This document shows positions 63,120 through 64,000 of a DNA stretch of 64,000 nucleotides, piece by piece (position 1 is the stretch's first letter; each line of letters opens with the position of its first letter). Source of the stretch: Deltaproteobacteria bacterium (lineage in GTDB: Bacteria > Desulfobacterota > Desulfobaccia > Desulfobaccales > 0-14-0-80-60-11); the NCBI GenBank assembly GCA_003599195.1, contig QZIZ01000113.1, positions 6,705 through 70,704 of the forward strand, in the 5' to 3' direction. The notes beneath the pieces were generated by a model. The model was not told the DNA's origin, searched no databases, and saw only the letters and a program-made list of their open reading frames with translations. The position numbers were made by a program, and so were the translations under genes.

Positions 63120-64000
63120 TTAGTCGATCCATTGGCCCTGGTACTTTTTCAAGACGGGGGCGATTTTGTTCTCCACCATCCGCTCCCAATCCAGGGGGCT
63201 CACCGACTCGGCGTCCAGGGCATGAATGTGAAAATGCATGTGCATCTCGGGGCGGGCGTCCGGTGGCCCAGGTTTTCCCGCCTGCGCTCCGAAATCCACC
63301 TGGTCAAAATTACCTGTGCGCAGGGCCTCGAAATTGCGCCGGCCCAACTTGCGCATGATCGGCCTCCCGAGGAGACCTTCCTCTTCCTGGCCGATGTATA
63401 AGTGCTCGTCTTTCCCCAGGACCCCGCCCCCGTGGAAGATGCCCAAATCCAGAAAACCCAGGATGCCGCTGATTCCCCCCCCGGTCTCCACCGGACCGCG
63501 TAAGTCCCGGATCACGGCCGCGGCCAGCGTCTGCCAGTTGGCCATAAAGCTGCGGCCCATCGATTCCATCGATTCCTTGAAGGACATGCCGCCCTTGCTC
63601 ACATTGTCGACGAAGACCCGGGACGCGTCCTCCAGGAGGTCCCCGGACTGGAGCACTTGGTCCTGCCAGGCGCTGCCGGCCCGCTCCAGGATGCCCTCCA
63701 GGCCCTCCAGACCGGCGATATTGGCGGTCTGCACATAGAGGGCCGCGGCCACCAGGCTCTCAACTTCCTGGGCCTGGCCCGTGCCCTGGAAGAGAAATTG
63801 GTAGGACCCGGCCTGGATCTGGGCCTTGGCGATCTCCTGGGCCGTGGCGGGGTTGGCCAGGTACGCGCCTCCGGACTGGCCGCTGACCATCCCCTGCACC
63901 ACCAGTTGCGCCACCTGCATGGTCTGCACGGACATGGTTTCCGTAGAGCCGCCGGCACCCCCGGCATTTTTCTCGTTGCCGCTCATCATCGCCGCCAGCA
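63120..64000 (-). CDS. Tail tape-measure-like protein, C-terminal part (N-terminus beyond the right edge)
   Basis: The frame stays open to position 64000, upstream of the Met at 63989. Contains IFHGGGVLGKDEHLYIGQEEEGLL, resembling the conserved HxGG..G...(E)...GE motif of tape-measure C-termini. Confidence 0.6.
   Translation of the reverse strand, partial: LAAMMSGNEKNAGGAGGSTETMSVQTMQVAQLVVQGMVSGQSGGAYLANPATAQEIAKAQIQAGSYQFLFQGTGQAQEVESLVAAALYVQTANIAGLEGLEGILERAGSAWQDQVLQSGDLLEDASRVFVDNVSKGGMSFKESMESMGRSFMANWQTLAAAVIRDLRGPVETGGGISGILGFLDLGIFHGGGVLGKDEHLYIGQEEEGLLGRPIMRKLGRRNFEALRTGNFDQVDFGAQAGKPGPPDARPEMHMHFHIHALDAESVSPLDWERMVENKIAPVLKKYQGQWID

Larger units (their letters stand above)
52971..64000 (-). 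mobile_element. Prophage or phage-tail-like element: tail module plus Dam methylase; continues beyond the right edge
   Basis: Nine co-directional genes in the order tape-measure-like, small tail protein, large structural proteins (one with a LamG-like domain), tail fibre with typical fibre motifs, and Dam. No integrase, head or lysis genes are in the window. Confidence 0.7.

Overview
High-GC bacterial chromosomal segment. Hand counts of single 60-nt lines in core genes give about 68% GC. I support about 55 protein-coding genes and found no rRNA, tRNA or CRISPR array. The gene content (sigma-54/NtrC regulation, Bcd-EtfAB with a ferredoxin-fused EtfA, B12-radical-SAM, archaemetzincin) suggests an anaerobic Desulfobacterota-like organism, but that is inference only. 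Layout, left to right: (1) a hybrid histidine kinase that runs off the left edge; (2) a tight 7-gene minus-strand operon joining an alpha-oxoamine synthase, a MacAB-TolC-type exporter, a long GNAT-like protein and a polytopic membrane protein; (3) a glycan or glycoconjugate locus at 11.3-21.9 kb with GT-C-like, GT2, deacetylase-like, Zn-dehydrogenase, radical-SAM/SPASM, a fused double GT4 and another GT; (4) a low-GC 3-gene island at 22.0-24.0 kb with two DUF488 paralogues and an unknown 227-aa protein, abutting a duplicated ribD 3' remnant; (5) housekeeping genes ribD-nrdR-glyA-rpiB-acpP-fabG, then etfA / etfB / acyl-CoA dehydrogenase interrupted by two inserted genes, then rpmF-yceD; (6) feoB, a YkgJ-type protein, a low-GC membrane protein flanked by MITE-like palindromes, and a nitroreductase; (7) a PAS kinase, an NtrC-type activator and archaemetzincin, followed by a sigma-54 promoter driving four tandem GcvH-like paralogues, an SQR-like flavoprotein and DUF1641; (8) a B12-radical-SAM gene; (9) a Dam methylase and a phage tail module that runs off the right edge. 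The most striking non-genic signal is in the spacers. Seventeen intergenic spacers by my count carry long nested palindromes built from 7-8-nt tandem repeats. One such heptamer array lies in frame inside ribD, and inverted arms bracket two inserted genes.
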